Assembly (NCBI GenBank): GCA_038230375.1 | Contig: JBBRNJ010000011.1 | Span: 32,001-96,000 of the forward strand | From: Polyangiales bacterium | GTDB taxonomy: Bacteria; Myxococcota_A; Polyangia; Polyangiales; Polyangiaceae | DNA length: 64,000 nucleotides | Direction of reading: 5' to 3' | In this document: positions 45,109 through 54,997 of the stretch, one piece after another | How positions within the stretch are numbered: the stretch's first letter is position 1 | How the letters are laid out: the number at the start of each line of letters is the position of its first letter | Made by a program: the position numbers and the translations under genes | Notes under the pieces: generated by a model | Told to the model about the DNA's origin: nothing | What the model saw: only the letters and a program-made list of their open reading frames with translations | The model's database searches: none

Positions 45109-46677
45109 ATGTGGACACGCGGCTGGCGTGACGGTGTTTGGCAGAACCTGGGCGAGTCGTGGGACGTCGTCATCATCGGCGGTGGCATCACCGGCGCCGG
45201 GATCCTGGGTGAGGCGGTCCGAAACGGGCACCGCGCCGTGCTGGTGGAGGCGAACGACTTCGCGTCGGGCACCTCCAGCCGGTCGACCAAGCTCGTTCAC
45301 GGCGGTCTGCGCTACCTGCGGCAGGGGCAGTTCCTTGTCACGAAGAAGAGCGTGCGCGAGCGCGAGCGTCTGCTCTCCGAGAGCGACGGCCTGGTGTCGG
45401 AGCTCGCCTTCTCTCTTGCTGCGTTCCCCGGCGACCAGATGCCGCGCTGGATGTACGGCATGGGCCTCTTCATGTACGACGCGCTCGCGTGGAAGTGGAA
45501 CCACCAGAAGCAGACACTGGACGAGCTCTTCACCAAGTTCCCCATGCTGAAGGGCTCCGACGTCACGGGTGGCTACCGCTACTTCGATGCGCAGACGGAT
45601 GACACGCGTCTCACGCTCCGCGTCCTTCGCGAGGCGGTCACGCGCGGCGGTGTCGCGCTCAACTACGCCAAGGCGGACGAGCTCCTCCGCGATCAATCGG
45701 GGCAGGTCGTTGGCGTGCGCGTCACGGATCGCGCGCCTGGTGCCTCCCGCACCACGGAGGTGCGCGGCAAGGTCGTCATCAATGCCACGGGCGCGTGGGC
45801 GGACGACCTCCGGCGGAAGCTCGGCGAGGAGCCGAAGATGCGGAAGATCCGCGGCTCGCACATCACCTTCAAACACTCGCGCATCCCGATCCCGGAGGCC
45901 GTCTCGCTGCTCCACCCGAAGGACGCGCGCGCCGTGTTCGCCGTGCCGTGGGAAGGCGTCACCATCATGGGCACGACGGACAAGGATCATCCGGAGAGCC
46001 TGGACGTGGAGCCGCGCATCTCCGACGAAGAGGTGGACTACCTGATGGAGTGCGCGCAGCGCGCGTTTCCGTCACTCGAGCTCTCGCACACGGACGTCAT
46101 CGGCAGCTTCGCCGGCGTCCGCCCCACCATCAACACGGGGAAGAAAGATCCGTCGAAGGAGTCACGCGAGCACGCCATCTGGCGTGAAAAGGGCCTCGTC
46201 ACGATCGCTGGTGGCAAGCTCACGACCTTCGCAGTCATGGCGCGTGATGCGCTCGAGGCCGTGGAGGACGTGCTCGGTCCGCTGAAGGAGCGCTCACGCG
46301 TGATCGAGTCGTCGGGAGAGGTCCTTGCGTGGCCGTCACAGCTGACGGACGTGGACAAGGCGCGGCTGCTAGGCCGCCACGGCGCTGACATCAACGAGGT
46401 GCTCGCCGACCCGAAGCTCGCGACGTCCATCGCAGGTTCGTGGGTCTACGAGGCCGAGATCGCCTACGCCGCGAAGAGCGAAGGCGTGGTGCGGCTCGAG
46501 GACCTCCTCTTGCGACGTGCGCGGCTCGGCCTCCTGGTCCCTGGCGGCGGCCAGGTCGAGATGAAGCGCATTCGCGAGATCGCGCAGCCGCTGCTCGGCT
46601 GGTCGGACGAGGTCTGGGCAGCCGAGGAGAAGGCGTACGCGAAGACCTGGGGCTTCGCGTATGCAGGCAAGGGCTGA
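45109..46677 (+). CDS. glpD: FAD-dependent glycerol-3-phosphate dehydrogenase/oxidase family protein
   Basis: IIGGGITGAG, DFASGTSSRSTKLVHGGLRYL, NATGAWAD, GTTD, GGKLTT. Confidence 0.9.
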   Translation: MWTRGWRDGVWQNLGESWDVVIIGGGITGAGILGEAVRNGHRAVLVEANDFASGTSSRSTKLVHGGLRYLRQGQFLVTKKSVRERERLLSESDGLVSELAFSLAAFPGDQMPRWMYGMGLFMYDALAWKWNHQKQTLDELFTKFPMLKGSDVTGGYRYFDAQTDDTRLTLRVLREAVTRGGVALNYAKADELLRDQSGQVVGVRVTDRAPGASRTTEVRGKVVINATGAWADDLRRKLGEEPKMRKIRGSHITFKHSRIPIPEAVSLLHPKDARAVFAVPWEGVTIMGTTDKDHPESLDVEPRISDEEVDYLMECAQRAFPSLELSHTDVIGSFAGVRPTINTGKKDPSKESREHAIWREKGLVTIAGGKLTTFAVMARDALEAVEDVLGPLKERSRVIESSGEVLAWPSQLTDVDKARLLGRHGADINEVLADPKLATSIAGSWVYEAEIAYAAKSEGVVRLEDLLLRRARLGLLVPGGGQVEMKRIREIAQPLLGWSDEVWAAEEKAYAKTWGFAYAGKG

Positions 46678-46722
46678 CGGCCCTGGCGTCGCGGGCTTGC
46701 ATCCGTTATAACGGACAAGCCC

Positions 46723-47427
46723 ATGTCGTTGAACAAGACCCCGGAGAAGCGCGGCAAGAAGCGCGCACCGCCGCCGCCGCCAGTGATTGCGCAGGCGGTG
46801 ATTGCGCCGCCAGTGGTCGCGCCCGAACCCAGCGAGGCTGCGCCGGCCACGCCGGAACTGGGGACGGATCTCGCGCCCGTGGTCGGACACAACCTGCGCG
46901 AGCTGCGCGTGAAGCGCGGGCTCTCGCTCGAGAAGCTCTCCCAGAAATCGGGAGTGAGCCGGGCGATGCTGGGGCAGATCGAGCTCGGTCAGAGCGCGCC
47001 CACGATCAACGTCCTCTGGAAGGTCGCGCGCGCCCTCGACGTCACGTTCTCCACGCTCATCGTCGCCAAGGATGGCGGCGCGACCACGCTCCTGCGCGCG
47101 AAGGAGGCGAAGATCCTAACGTCACTCGACGGCACCTTCAAGTCCCGCGCGCTCTTCCCGTGGGATGGCCCGCGCCGGACCGAGTTCTACGAGCTCCGGC
47201 TCGCCGCACGCTCCGAGGAGCGCGCTGACGCACACGCGGCCGGCACTGTGGAGCACCTCATCGTCACGCAAGGCTCGCTGGACCTCAGCGTCGGTCGCGA
47301 GCAGCACCAGCTGGAGAGCGGCGACGCGATCGTCTTCGAGGCCGACCTCCCGCACGTCTACAAGAACACGAGCGGCAAGGAGTGCGTCATGTACCTCGTG
47401 ATGACCTACGCCGCCGCAAACGGCTGA
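46723..47427 (+). CDS. XRE-family HTH regulator with cupin domain
   Basis: LRELRVKRGLSLEKLSQKSGVSRAMLGQIE, then cupin H..G..E and GDAIVF..D.PH.Y.N. Confidence 0.93.
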   Translation: MSLNKTPEKRGKKRAPPPPPVIAQAVIAPPVVAPEPSEAAPATPELGTDLAPVVGHNLRELRVKRGLSLEKLSQKSGVSRAMLGQIELGQSAPTINVLWKVARALDVTFSTLIVAKDGGATTLLRAKEAKILTSLDGTFKSRALFPWDGPRRTEFYELRLAARSEERADAHAAGTVEHLIVTQGSLDLSVGREQHQLESGDAIVFEADLPHVYKNTSGKECVMYLVMTYAAANG

Positions 47428-47472
47428 CCCGCGCCGGCGTCTCTGCCCGAGCGTACTGGCACGCGCCCGTGC

Positions 47473-48159
47473 TCAGGGTTTCTTTTTTGGTGGCGAGACG
47501 ACCGCGAACTCCTTCGTGTGCTTTCGCTTCGGGATTCCGCTCGTGGGGAATGACGCGGAGGGCGTCATGACCTTCGACTGCGAGAGTGGCTCGGGAAGCC
47601 GCAGGGATTGCGGCGGCGCGCCTTCGGCGACGGGTGGCCGCACGGTCCGTCTGGGCACGGGCACCGTCACGCGGAAGGTGGTGCCGGTGAGTTCGTCGGT
47701 CTCGAGCGACAGCGTGCCGCCGAACGAGCCAAGGATCTTCTGGCAGACCGGCATCCCGAAGTGCTCCCACCGAACGCTGCGCTCGACTCCGCCGGGCGGC
47801 GTGGAAGCGGCACCGGTTCCACGCGGTGGCGGAGGCGCGCTCGCGCGAACGAGGACGACTGCGTGGTCGGCCCCTCCGTGCGTCGACAGCATCACGCGCC
47901 CAAGCTCGGCGTCGAGGCGCCTGGCGACATCCTCTGCGTTGAGCAGGATGTTCACCATGACCTGGAAGAAGTCGCCGCGCGGGGCAGCGACCTGCGCCAT
48001 GGGCCCGAAGTCAGTCTGGATCGGCTGCTTCGCGTGCAGGTCGTCGCGCACGCGGCTGACGGCCTGCTCACAGACGGCATGGAGGTCGAGGCCGCTCGCG
48101 GCATCGCCTTCATCGTCGAAGAGATCGTCACCGTGGAGCGGTGGCGGCGTCAGCCCCAT
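47473..48159 (-). CDS. Degenerate histidine-kinase-like HATPase domain protein lacking the H-box
   Basis: N-box QVMVNILLNA and C-terminal GGTLSL...GTTFRVTVP are present. No DxGxG, GxGLG or H-box. Confidence 0.6.
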   Translation of the reverse strand: MGLTPPPLHGDDLFDDEGDAASGLDLHAVCEQAVSRVRDDLHAKQPIQTDFGPMAQVAAPRGDFFQVMVNILLNAEDVARRLDAELGRVMLSTHGGADHAVVLVRASAPPPPRGTGAASTPPGGVERSVRWEHFGMPVCQKILGSFGGTLSLETDELTGTTFRVTVPVPRRTVRPPVAEGAPPQSLRLPEPLSQSKVMTPSASFPTSGIPKRKHTKEFAVVSPPKKKP

Positions 48160-48206
48160 TTCCGTGCATACCTCCAGTGTGACAGACTAACCGGCCTCCC
48201 ACCGAG

Positions 48207-48698
48207 GTGCCAAAAAACGTGGAAAAGAAGCACCGCACCAGGGTTGATCCTCGTCTTTCGGGCGCGAAGATCGTGGCGGCGGCGCTTGCGCTCATCGATG
48301 CGCGCGGCCTCTCGGCGTTCAGCATGCGGGCACTGGGCACCGCGCTGGGTACGTCCGCGATGGCGCTCTACTTCCACTTTCCGAACAAGACGGAGCTTCT
48401 CGCTGCGGTCGGCCGCGCGCTCGTCGCCTCTTCGCCCGCGCTCGCGGCGGTGCCCGGCGACGATCCGCGCGCGATGGCGAAGGCGATCCTGGCCCAGCTC
48501 CGTGCGCTCTTCGTCTTGCACCCGAACGCCTACGCCCTGGTGCGCGCTGAGCTGCCTCGTTCGGCGTTCGCGTCGCCGGAGCGCGTGTGGCCGGGGCTCT
48601 CGCCGGCACGAGCCCACCTGCTTCGCGTGATGCTCGTGGCCGCCGCGACGGAGTCGCCCGCACTCGAGGTCGAGCTGCTCACGCTGTTCTTCGGGTGA
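48207..48698 (+). CDS. TetR-family regulator with short C-terminal domain
   Basis: GLSAFSMRALGTALGTSAMALYFHFPNKTELL. Confidence 0.88.
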   Translation: MPKNVEKKHRTRVDPRLSGAKIVAAALALIDARGLSAFSMRALGTALGTSAMALYFHFPNKTELLAAVGRALVASSPALAAVPGDDPRAMAKAILAQLRALFVLHPNAYALVRAELPRSAFASPERVWPGLSPARAHLLRVMLVAAATESPALEVELLTLFFG

Positions 48699-48729
48699 TG
48701 CGTCCACGATATCGCTATAATCGCCGCTC

Positions 48730-49671
48730 GTGATCGCAGCCACAGGACACATCGTGACGCTGGACGGCTTCTTCGACGGCGCCCGCGCGCTCCGCCGAGA
48801 GCTGGACGTGCGCCTGTCGGACGCGCGCGATCCATTCGACCCCTCGCGCTTCGCATGGGAGGCGTGGCACATCGACGGTCAGTTCTCGCAGCAGAGGACG
48901 CCCGCGCGGGTGTTCTTCAGCGCGCGCGCCTACGCGCCGTTCGAGCGTCGGCTCCTGTCGTGGGCCGGTCTCGCGCTTGGCCTGTCCGCGCTCGGCGCGC
49001 CACCATGGCTCTCCAGCCTCACGGATGGCGGGTTCCAGGCCCTTCATCGCGACTCTCCGAACGGCGAGTTCGCGTTCAGCTTTGGTCTATCGCGCGGCAC
49101 GGGCTTCCGCGGTGGCGAAACGCAGATCGCGACGTTCGACCTGCTCGACTACTTCCGCAGCCGCTCCCACACAAGCGAGCGCGCGACGTCGCCGCTGTTC
49201 CACGAGGTCGTCCCGCGCTGGAACCGGCTCGTCGCGTTCGACGCGCGTCTGCCACACGCGGTTCGGATGGTGGAGGGGCCGCGGCACGTGCGAGATGGTC
49301 GCGTCGCCATCCAGGGGTGGCTCGTCGCCAACGGCTGCGTTGCGCGCACGGGGCCCGATGTCACGGAGCTCGCGTCGGACGTGGTGAAGCAAGTGGACCG
49401 CCGCCTGGGCCGCCGCGCGCGTGGTGCCGCTGGGCTCCTCTCCGTGCGGGTGCACGAGAAGAGAGCGCGCGTCGTCTGCGACACACTGGTGGAGACAGGC
49501 CCACGTCCAGTCACCGCGTCGCTTCGGGACGCGCTCACCGCGGCGCTGGCACGCGCGCCCTTTCCAAAGGGCACGGATGTCGTCGTGCCCATCGTGGTCG
49601 GTGAGCGTGGGGCCTCCGTGCCGAGCACGCGAACGCGCGGCATTGCCGCTGGAGCGGTGGCCGCACCATGA
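48730..49671 (+). CDS. 2OG-Fe(II) oxygenase (prolyl-hydroxylase-like)
   Basis: HRD...FRGGET...NRLVAFD..LPHAV...R.AIQGW; TATAAT 8 nt before the GTG. Confidence 0.8.
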   Translation: MIAATGHIVTLDGFFDGARALRRELDVRLSDARDPFDPSRFAWEAWHIDGQFSQQRTPARVFFSARAYAPFERRLLSWAGLALGLSALGAPPWLSSLTDGGFQALHRDSPNGEFAFSFGLSRGTGFRGGETQIATFDLLDYFRSRSHTSERATSPLFHEVVPRWNRLVAFDARLPHAVRMVEGPRHVRDGRVAIQGWLVANGCVARTGPDVTELASDVVKQVDRRLGRRARGAAGLLSVRVHEKRARVVCDTLVETGPRPVTASLRDALTAALARAPFPKGTDVVVPIVVGERGASVPSTRTRGIAAGAVAAP

Positions 49672-51110
49672 GCGAGGCATTCTGGGAGCGCGCGTTCCAG
49701 AGGTCGGGCGAGGCCATCCTGGCGCTCGACGGCGACGGGACCATCATGGAGCTGAACGACGCATTCCTGGCGATGTTCGGTGGAACCCGAACGGACTACG
49801 TCGGAAAGTGCTCCGCCGCGATCGTTCCGAAAGATGACGGCACGTGGGCGCAGCTCAAAGCGGATGGGCGCGTGCGTCGCGTGGTCACAACGACTACCGC
49901 GCGCGGTGACGATCTCGTGGCGGAGATCAGCGGAACCATGATCGAGCCCGCACGTGCGCTCCTCTTCGTTCGCGACGTCACGGAGCGTACGGTCCGCGAG
50001 CTGTCGGCTCAGCGCTACCAGTTGCTGTCGCGGTACGCGAAGGACATCGTGCTGTTCCTCGGGCGCGATGGCCGCATCGTCGAGGCGAACGAAGCCGCGA
50101 TCTACGCGTACGGGTACGGTCGTGATGCGCTCCTTGCGCTGCGGGTCCACGACCTGCGCGATCCGACCACCATCCACAACGTGGACACGCTGCTCGCCGA
50201 GGCATTCGAGGCGGGCGCGCGCTTCACCACCACACACAAGCGGAAGGACGGGACCACGTTCCCCGTCGAGGTGAGCTCACGAAGCGCCGTGATCGGTGGG
50301 CAGTGGATGCTGCTGAGCATCATCCGCGACATCACGGACCAGACGGAGCTGCACGCGCAGCTCGTCCAGGCGGACCGGCTCTCCGCGTTCGGACTGATGG
50401 CCGCGGGCATCGCGCACGAGATCAACAATCCGCTCGCCTATGCCATGACGAACGGCGAGCTCCTGCAACGCACCATGGACCGCGTGAAGATCGAGCTCGC
50501 GGGCGCCACCCCCGAGACCGCGCAGACCGTCGTCACGCGCGCGCTTGGCATGCTGCGCGAGCGCGAGCAGTCGCTCGAGACCATGCGCGAGGGGCTGGCT
50601 CGGGTGCGAACCATCGTACGCGATCTCTCCACTTTCACGCGCGACGACAAGGCACCCCAGTTCGTGGACGTTCGCGCCGTTCTGGAGTCGACGGTGCGCC
50701 TCTCCCACGGCGAGCTGGAGCACCGCGTGCGCGTCGTGCGCGACTACGACAATGTCCCGCACGTGGTCGGCCATGCAGCGCGCCTCGGGCAGGTCTTCCT
50801 GAACCTGGTGATCAACGCAGCGCAGGCAGCCGAGGACGGCGGCACGATCGAGATCCGCGCGGAGTCCACCGATGATGCCGTCATGGTCGACGTGAAGGAC
50901 GACGGCCCTGGCATTGATGCCGCCCTTCGCGAGCGCATCTTCCAGCCGTTCTTCACGACCAAGGCTGCGGGGAAGGGAACAGGCCTCGGGCTCTACATCT
51001 CGCGCACGCTGGTCACGGAGATGGGCGGCACCATCACGGCACTGCCCTCCACACCCCGCGGGACCATCATGCGGGTGACGCTACCCCGCGCCCGCGCCGG
51101 GCATCCATGA
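49668..51110 (+). CDS. Cytoplasmic double-PAS sensor histidine kinase
   Basis: Two PAS-like regions, AHEINNPL H-box, QVFLNLVINA, DDGPG, PFFTTK, GTGLGL. ATGA overlap with the oxygenase gene. Confidence 0.94.
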   Translation: MSEAFWERAFQRSGEAILALDGDGTIMELNDAFLAMFGGTRTDYVGKCSAAIVPKDDGTWAQLKADGRVRRVVTTTTARGDDLVAEISGTMIEPARALLFVRDVTERTVRELSAQRYQLLSRYAKDIVLFLGRDGRIVEANEAAIYAYGYGRDALLALRVHDLRDPTTIHNVDTLLAEAFEAGARFTTTHKRKDGTTFPVEVSSRSAVIGGQWMLLSIIRDITDQTELHAQLVQADRLSAFGLMAAGIAHEINNPLAYAMTNGELLQRTMDRVKIELAGATPETAQTVVTRALGMLREREQSLETMREGLARVRTIVRDLSTFTRDDKAPQFVDVRAVLESTVRLSHGELEHRVRVVRDYDNVPHVVGHAARLGQVFLNLVINAAQAAEDGGTIEIRAESTDDAVMVDVKDDGPGIDAALRERIFQPFFTTKAAGKGTGLGLYISRTLVTEMGGTITALPSTPRGTIMRVTLPRARAGHP

Positions 51111-51126
51111 CGGGACGACGCAACCC

Positions 51127-52041
51127 ATGACGACGCACGGCCAACTCGATCTGAACCACATTGCGGCGTTCGTACGCGTGGTGGAGACAAGCAGCTTCAC
51201 CGCGGCGGCCAAGGCCCTTGGCGTTCCGAAGTCCAGCGTGAGCCGGAGCCTGGCGCGGCTCGAAGAGGAGCTCGGCACGCGGCTCCTTCAGCGAACCACG
51301 CGCAAGCTCTCCCTCACGGAGGCGGGCAAGGCTTACTTCGAGCGCGTGAAGGTGCTCATGGCCGGAATCGACGAGGCGAACGCAGAGGCGTCCGAGCTCG
51401 GACACAGCGCGCATGGAACGGTGCGCATCACGGCGCCGGTGGACATGGGAGTCATGGTGCTCGCGCACATCCTGGCGCAGTTCGCGTTGCTCCATCCGAA
51501 GATCCATGTGGATCTGGTGCTCACGTCGCGGATGGTGAGCCTGGTCGAGGAGGGCTTTGACATGGCGTTGCGCGCCGGTCGACTGGTGGACTCGTCGCTG
51601 GTGGCGCGCAAGATCGCCAACACGGACTTCGGCGTCTTCGGCGCCAAGAGTTACCTGAAGAAGCATCCGTGCCCGCGCCATCCGAAGGATCTCGTGGACC
51701 ACACCTGCATCCTCTTCCGCGGGTTGAAAGCCAGGAGTACGTGGTCCCTGTCAGGGCCCGACGGCCAGCACGAGATCACCGTCACCGGCAGCATCTCCGC
51801 CGACGACATGGCGTTCGTGAAGCGCGTTGCTCGCGACGGCCTCGGGCTTGCGCTCCTTCCGCTGTTCTCGTCCAGCGAAGAGGCGGAGGCGTCGGGCCTT
51901 GTCCGCGTATTGCCCGACTACTGCCAGCGTGGCTCTCCCGTGCACCTGGTGATGCCCTCCTCGCAGTTCGTCCCCACGCGGGTGGCGCTCCTCCGCGACT
52001 TCATCATCGAAGGCGCCAAGAACGTGAAGTGGCACGCCTGA
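51127..52041 (+). CDS. LysR-family regulator (CrgA-like)
   Basis: FVRVVETSSFTAAA..LG...S.VSR...LE..LG.RLL.RTTR; LVEEGFDMALR. Confidence 0.95.
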   Translation: MTTHGQLDLNHIAAFVRVVETSSFTAAAKALGVPKSSVSRSLARLEEELGTRLLQRTTRKLSLTEAGKAYFERVKVLMAGIDEANAEASELGHSAHGTVRITAPVDMGVMVLAHILAQFALLHPKIHVDLVLTSRMVSLVEEGFDMALRAGRLVDSSLVARKIANTDFGVFGAKSYLKKHPCPRHPKDLVDHTCILFRGLKARSTWSLSGPDGQHEITVTGSISADDMAFVKRVARDGLGLALLPLFSSSEEAEASGLVRVLPDYCQRGSPVHLVMPSSQFVPTRVALLRDFIIEGAKNVKWHA

Positions 52042-52058
52042 AACAGCAGCGCTGTTTT
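52041..52058. terminator. Short hairpin AAACAGC-AGC-GCTGTTT between convergent genes
   Basis: 7-bp stem in the 24-nt gap between the LysR and MFS stop codons. Confidence 0.4.
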
Positions 52059-52065
52059 CCCGCGG

Positions 52066-53637
52066 CTAGTGGGCGCCGCTGGGTTCGCGTTGCTTGCCTC
52101 CCTTGCCCAGGAGCAGGATGAGCGGGAGCGAGCAGAGCACGAAGGCGCCCACCAGGACGAACGTGTCGCCGTAGCTCATGACCGCCGCCTGAAGTCGCAG
52201 CGCGCCATCCAGCATCTTCACGGCACCTTGGTGCGCGGCCTCGGGCGCCATGCCGCGCGACTGGAAGCCGGACGAGAGGAGCGCGAGCCGCTGCTGGACG
52301 AGCGGTGACGTCACGCTGAGGGCGGGCTTCAACGCGTCCGTGTGGAACGCCTGTCGGTTCACCAGGAATGCAGTGAGGAAGGCAACACCGACGCTGCCGC
52401 CCAGCTGTCGCGTGAGGTTGTAGAAGCCGGTGGCGGCGGGAATATCCTTCTTCGGCAGCGGCCCGATGGTCGCGATGGAGAGCGGAAGAAACATGAACAC
52501 GGTACCGATGCCGCGGAGGATGAGCGGCCCTTGCAGATCGCCGGTCCCCGTGGTCGCGGTCAGGTGCGAGAGCCACCACATGGTGAAGATGAGGACGCTG
52601 GCGCCGAAGCCAATCAGGATGCGCGCGTCCACCTTGCTCGTGAGCTTGCCCACGAACGGCATGGTGAAGGCGGAGGCAAGCGCACCGGGCATGAGGAGCA
52701 ACCCGGTGTCCTGCGCGGTGAGTCGCAGCACGGACTGACAGAACACGGGAACGGCGAACATGGCGCCGTAGAGCGTCACGCCAAGGACCAGGGAAAAGGC
52801 GCTGCCGGCGGCCAGCGATCGATGACGGAGCACACGCAGGTCCACGACTGGGTAGGCGACCGTCAACTGTCGCCAGATGAAGAGCGCAAGTCCGAGCACC
52901 ATCGTGATCATGAGCACGACGATCAACTTCGAGTCGAACCAGTCCTCGGATTGGCCCTCTTCCAGCACGGTCTGGAGCGAGCCCAGGCCCACACACAGCA
53001 GGACCAGGCCCGCCACGTCCACGCGCTTCTCGACGTTGAGCTTCTTCACGTCCACCGGCAGAACGCTGATCGCCATCATGATCGCGAGCACGCCAACCGG
53101 CAGGTTGATGAAGAAGATCCAGCGCCAGTCCAGGTTCGTGACGATGTAGCCGCCCAGCGTGGGGCCGATCGCCGGCCCCGCGATCGCGACGACACCGAAG
53201 ATCGCCTGGGCCATGCCTTGCTCCTTCGGCGGGAAGGTCTCGAACAGGATCGACTGTGCCTTTGACATGAGCCCACCGCCCGTGAGCCCCTGCAACACGC
53301 GCGCGAGCACGAGCATCGGCAACGTCGTCGCGAACCCGCAGAGTGCGGAGGAGAGCGTGAAGCCGATGAGGGAGAACACGAAGTAGTTCTTCTTGCCGAA
53401 CGTGTCACCCAGCCACGCGGCCAGCGGCAGGATGATCACGTTCGCGATGGCGTAGCTGGTGATGACCCAGCCCACCTCTGGCAGCGTGGCGCCGAGCGAC
53501 GCTTGCATCTCGGGCAGCGCGACGTTGACGATGCTCGTATCGACGATCTCCATGAGAGCGCCGAGCGCCACGGTCATCGCGATGAGCCACTTCTGCGAAG
53601 AGCTGGGATACCCCAGAGCTATGGCGCCGCTGCTCAT
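52066..53637 (-). CDS. emrB: DHA2-family MFS efflux transporter (EmrB-like)
   Basis: DTSIVNVALP, WVITSY, GPTLGG, WRWIFFINLP; many predicted TM segments. Confidence 0.92.
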   Translation of the reverse strand: MSSGAIALGYPSSSQKWLIAMTVALGALMEIVDTSIVNVALPEMQASLGATLPEVGWVITSYAIANVIILPLAAWLGDTFGKKNYFVFSLIGFTLSSALCGFATTLPMLVLARVLQGLTGGGLMSKAQSILFETFPPKEQGMAQAIFGVVAIAGPAIGPTLGGYIVTNLDWRWIFFINLPVGVLAIMMAISVLPVDVKKLNVEKRVDVAGLVLLCVGLGSLQTVLEEGQSEDWFDSKLIVVLMITMVLGLALFIWRQLTVAYPVVDLRVLRHRSLAAGSAFSLVLGVTLYGAMFAVPVFCQSVLRLTAQDTGLLLMPGALASAFTMPFVGKLTSKVDARILIGFGASVLIFTMWWLSHLTATTGTGDLQGPLILRGIGTVFMFLPLSIATIGPLPKKDIPAATGFYNLTRQLGGSVGVAFLTAFLVNRQAFHTDALKPALSVTSPLVQQRLALLSSGFQSRGMAPEAAHQGAVKMLDGALRLQAAVMSYGDTFVLVGAFVLCSLPLILLLGKGGKQREPSGAH

Positions 53638-53647
53638 GGAAGGGCCC

Positions 53648-54868
53648 TCAGCGACGCGTGTCGACGACGGCTTCCACGCTCATGCCCGGACGCAGCAGGA
53701 GCTCGGGCGGCGGCTCCTTCAGCTTGATGCGGATCGGTATGCGCTGGACGACCTTGGTGTAGTTGCCCGTGGCATTGTCGGGTGGCAAGAGCGAGAAGCG
53801 CGCGCCGGTGGCAGCGGACACGCTCTCCACCTCACCCTGGAGGTGCACGCCCGGAAAGGCGTCGATCTCCACGTCCGCGGGCTGGCCCTCACGCATCTTC
53901 GTGAACTGCGTCTCCTTGAAGTTCGCGGTGACCCACACGTGGCCGGTGGGCGCGAGCATGGCGATGGACTGCCCGTTCTGCACCATCTGGCCCACGGCGA
54001 TCGCCTTCTTCGAGACCACGCCGTCCTGCGGGGCAATGATCTTCGTGTACGTGACGTCGAGCGTCGCGAGGTCCCGCGTGGCCTTTGCCGTCATGACCTG
54101 TGCGTGAGCGGCTGCTGCGCGCGCCTGCGCCTGATCGATGTACGCCTGCACATCACTCGCGACGTCGTAGCGCGCGGACGCCTCTTGCACGTGGCTCTGC
54201 GCGCTCTGCACCGACGAGCGCAGCGCATCAAGGGACGCCTTCGCCTGGTCCGCGTTTGCGCGCGCTGAGTCGTACGCCGTCTGGGCGGTGTCGACCTGGC
54301 CTTGCGCGATCGCGCCGGTGGAGAAGAGCTGCTTCGAGCGCGAGATATCCAGCTCTGCCTGCTTCAGGTTTGCGGCCGCGACCGCCGCACGCGCCTGCGC
54401 GACGTTGATCTGGTTCTGCGACTCGGCGACCGCGGCCGACGCGCCCGACAGGCTCGCGCTCGCGACGTTCTTCTGACCCTTCGCCGAGCGAACCGCGATG
54501 TTGGCGTCGGCATCTGCCACCGTGGCGTTCGCCTCCGCGGCCCTGAGCGCGGCGTCTGCCTGGAGCAGGCGCGCACGCGAAGGCTCCGGATCGAGCTCTG
54601 CCAGGAGATCGCCCGCCTTCACCTTCTGGTTGTCCGTGAAGGCCACGCGCGTCACGACGCCCTGCGTGCGGGATGGCAGGCCCACCAGGTCGCCATCGAT
54701 CTGCGCATCGTCCGTGGCCTCGCGGCCCACGTGCCTGACGTAGTAGGTGCCGCTGCCGAGCGCGACCGTGAGGAGCAGCACCCCGAGCACGATGGTGCGA
54801 CTGGTCCTGGGCCTGGCCGCTTCGGGCGCGTCCGCGACCGCGGGTTCCTTGGTTGCGACTTGTTCCAT
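53648..54868 (-). CDS. emrA: HlyD/EmrA-family membrane fusion protein
   Basis: TDDAQI, ANFKETQ, FSLLPPDNATGNYTKVVQRIP. Start re-picked at ATG 54868. Confidence 0.92.
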   Translation of the reverse strand: MEQVATKEPAVADAPEAARPRTSRTIVLGVLLLTVALGSGTYYVRHVGREATDDAQIDGDLVGLPSRTQGVVTRVAFTDNQKVKAGDLLAELDPEPSRARLLQADAALRAAEANATVADADANIAVRSAKGQKNVASASLSGASAAVAESQNQINVAQARAAVAAANLKQAELDISRSKQLFSTGAIAQGQVDTAQTAYDSARANADQAKASLDALRSSVQSAQSHVQEASARYDVASDVQAYIDQAQARAAAAHAQVMTAKATRDLATLDVTYTKIIAPQDGVVSKKAIAVGQMVQNGQSIAMLAPTGHVWVTANFKETQFTKMREGQPADVEIDAFPGVHLQGEVESVSAATGARFSLLPPDNATGNYTKVVQRIPIRIKLKEPPPELLLRPGMSVEAVVDTRR

Positions 54869-54903
54869 GGGGTGTGGCACTTTGGATGCTCCGGAACGGG
54901 GCG

Positions 54904-54937
54904 CGTTGCGCACTAACGCAACGATAAGTTGCGATTA
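54904..54937. promoter_or_regulatory. Putative TetR operator: alternating CGCAAC/GTTGCG half-sites
   Basis: CGTTGCG-N6-CGCAACG (54904-54923) overlaps CGCAAC-N5-GTTGCG (54917-54933), between emrA and the divergent tetR. Confidence 0.6.
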
Positions 54938-54997
54938 TAGACCCTGCGATGCTCGAACGCCGGGATTTTCCGACTGGACCGGTGATAGACTCGGGCT

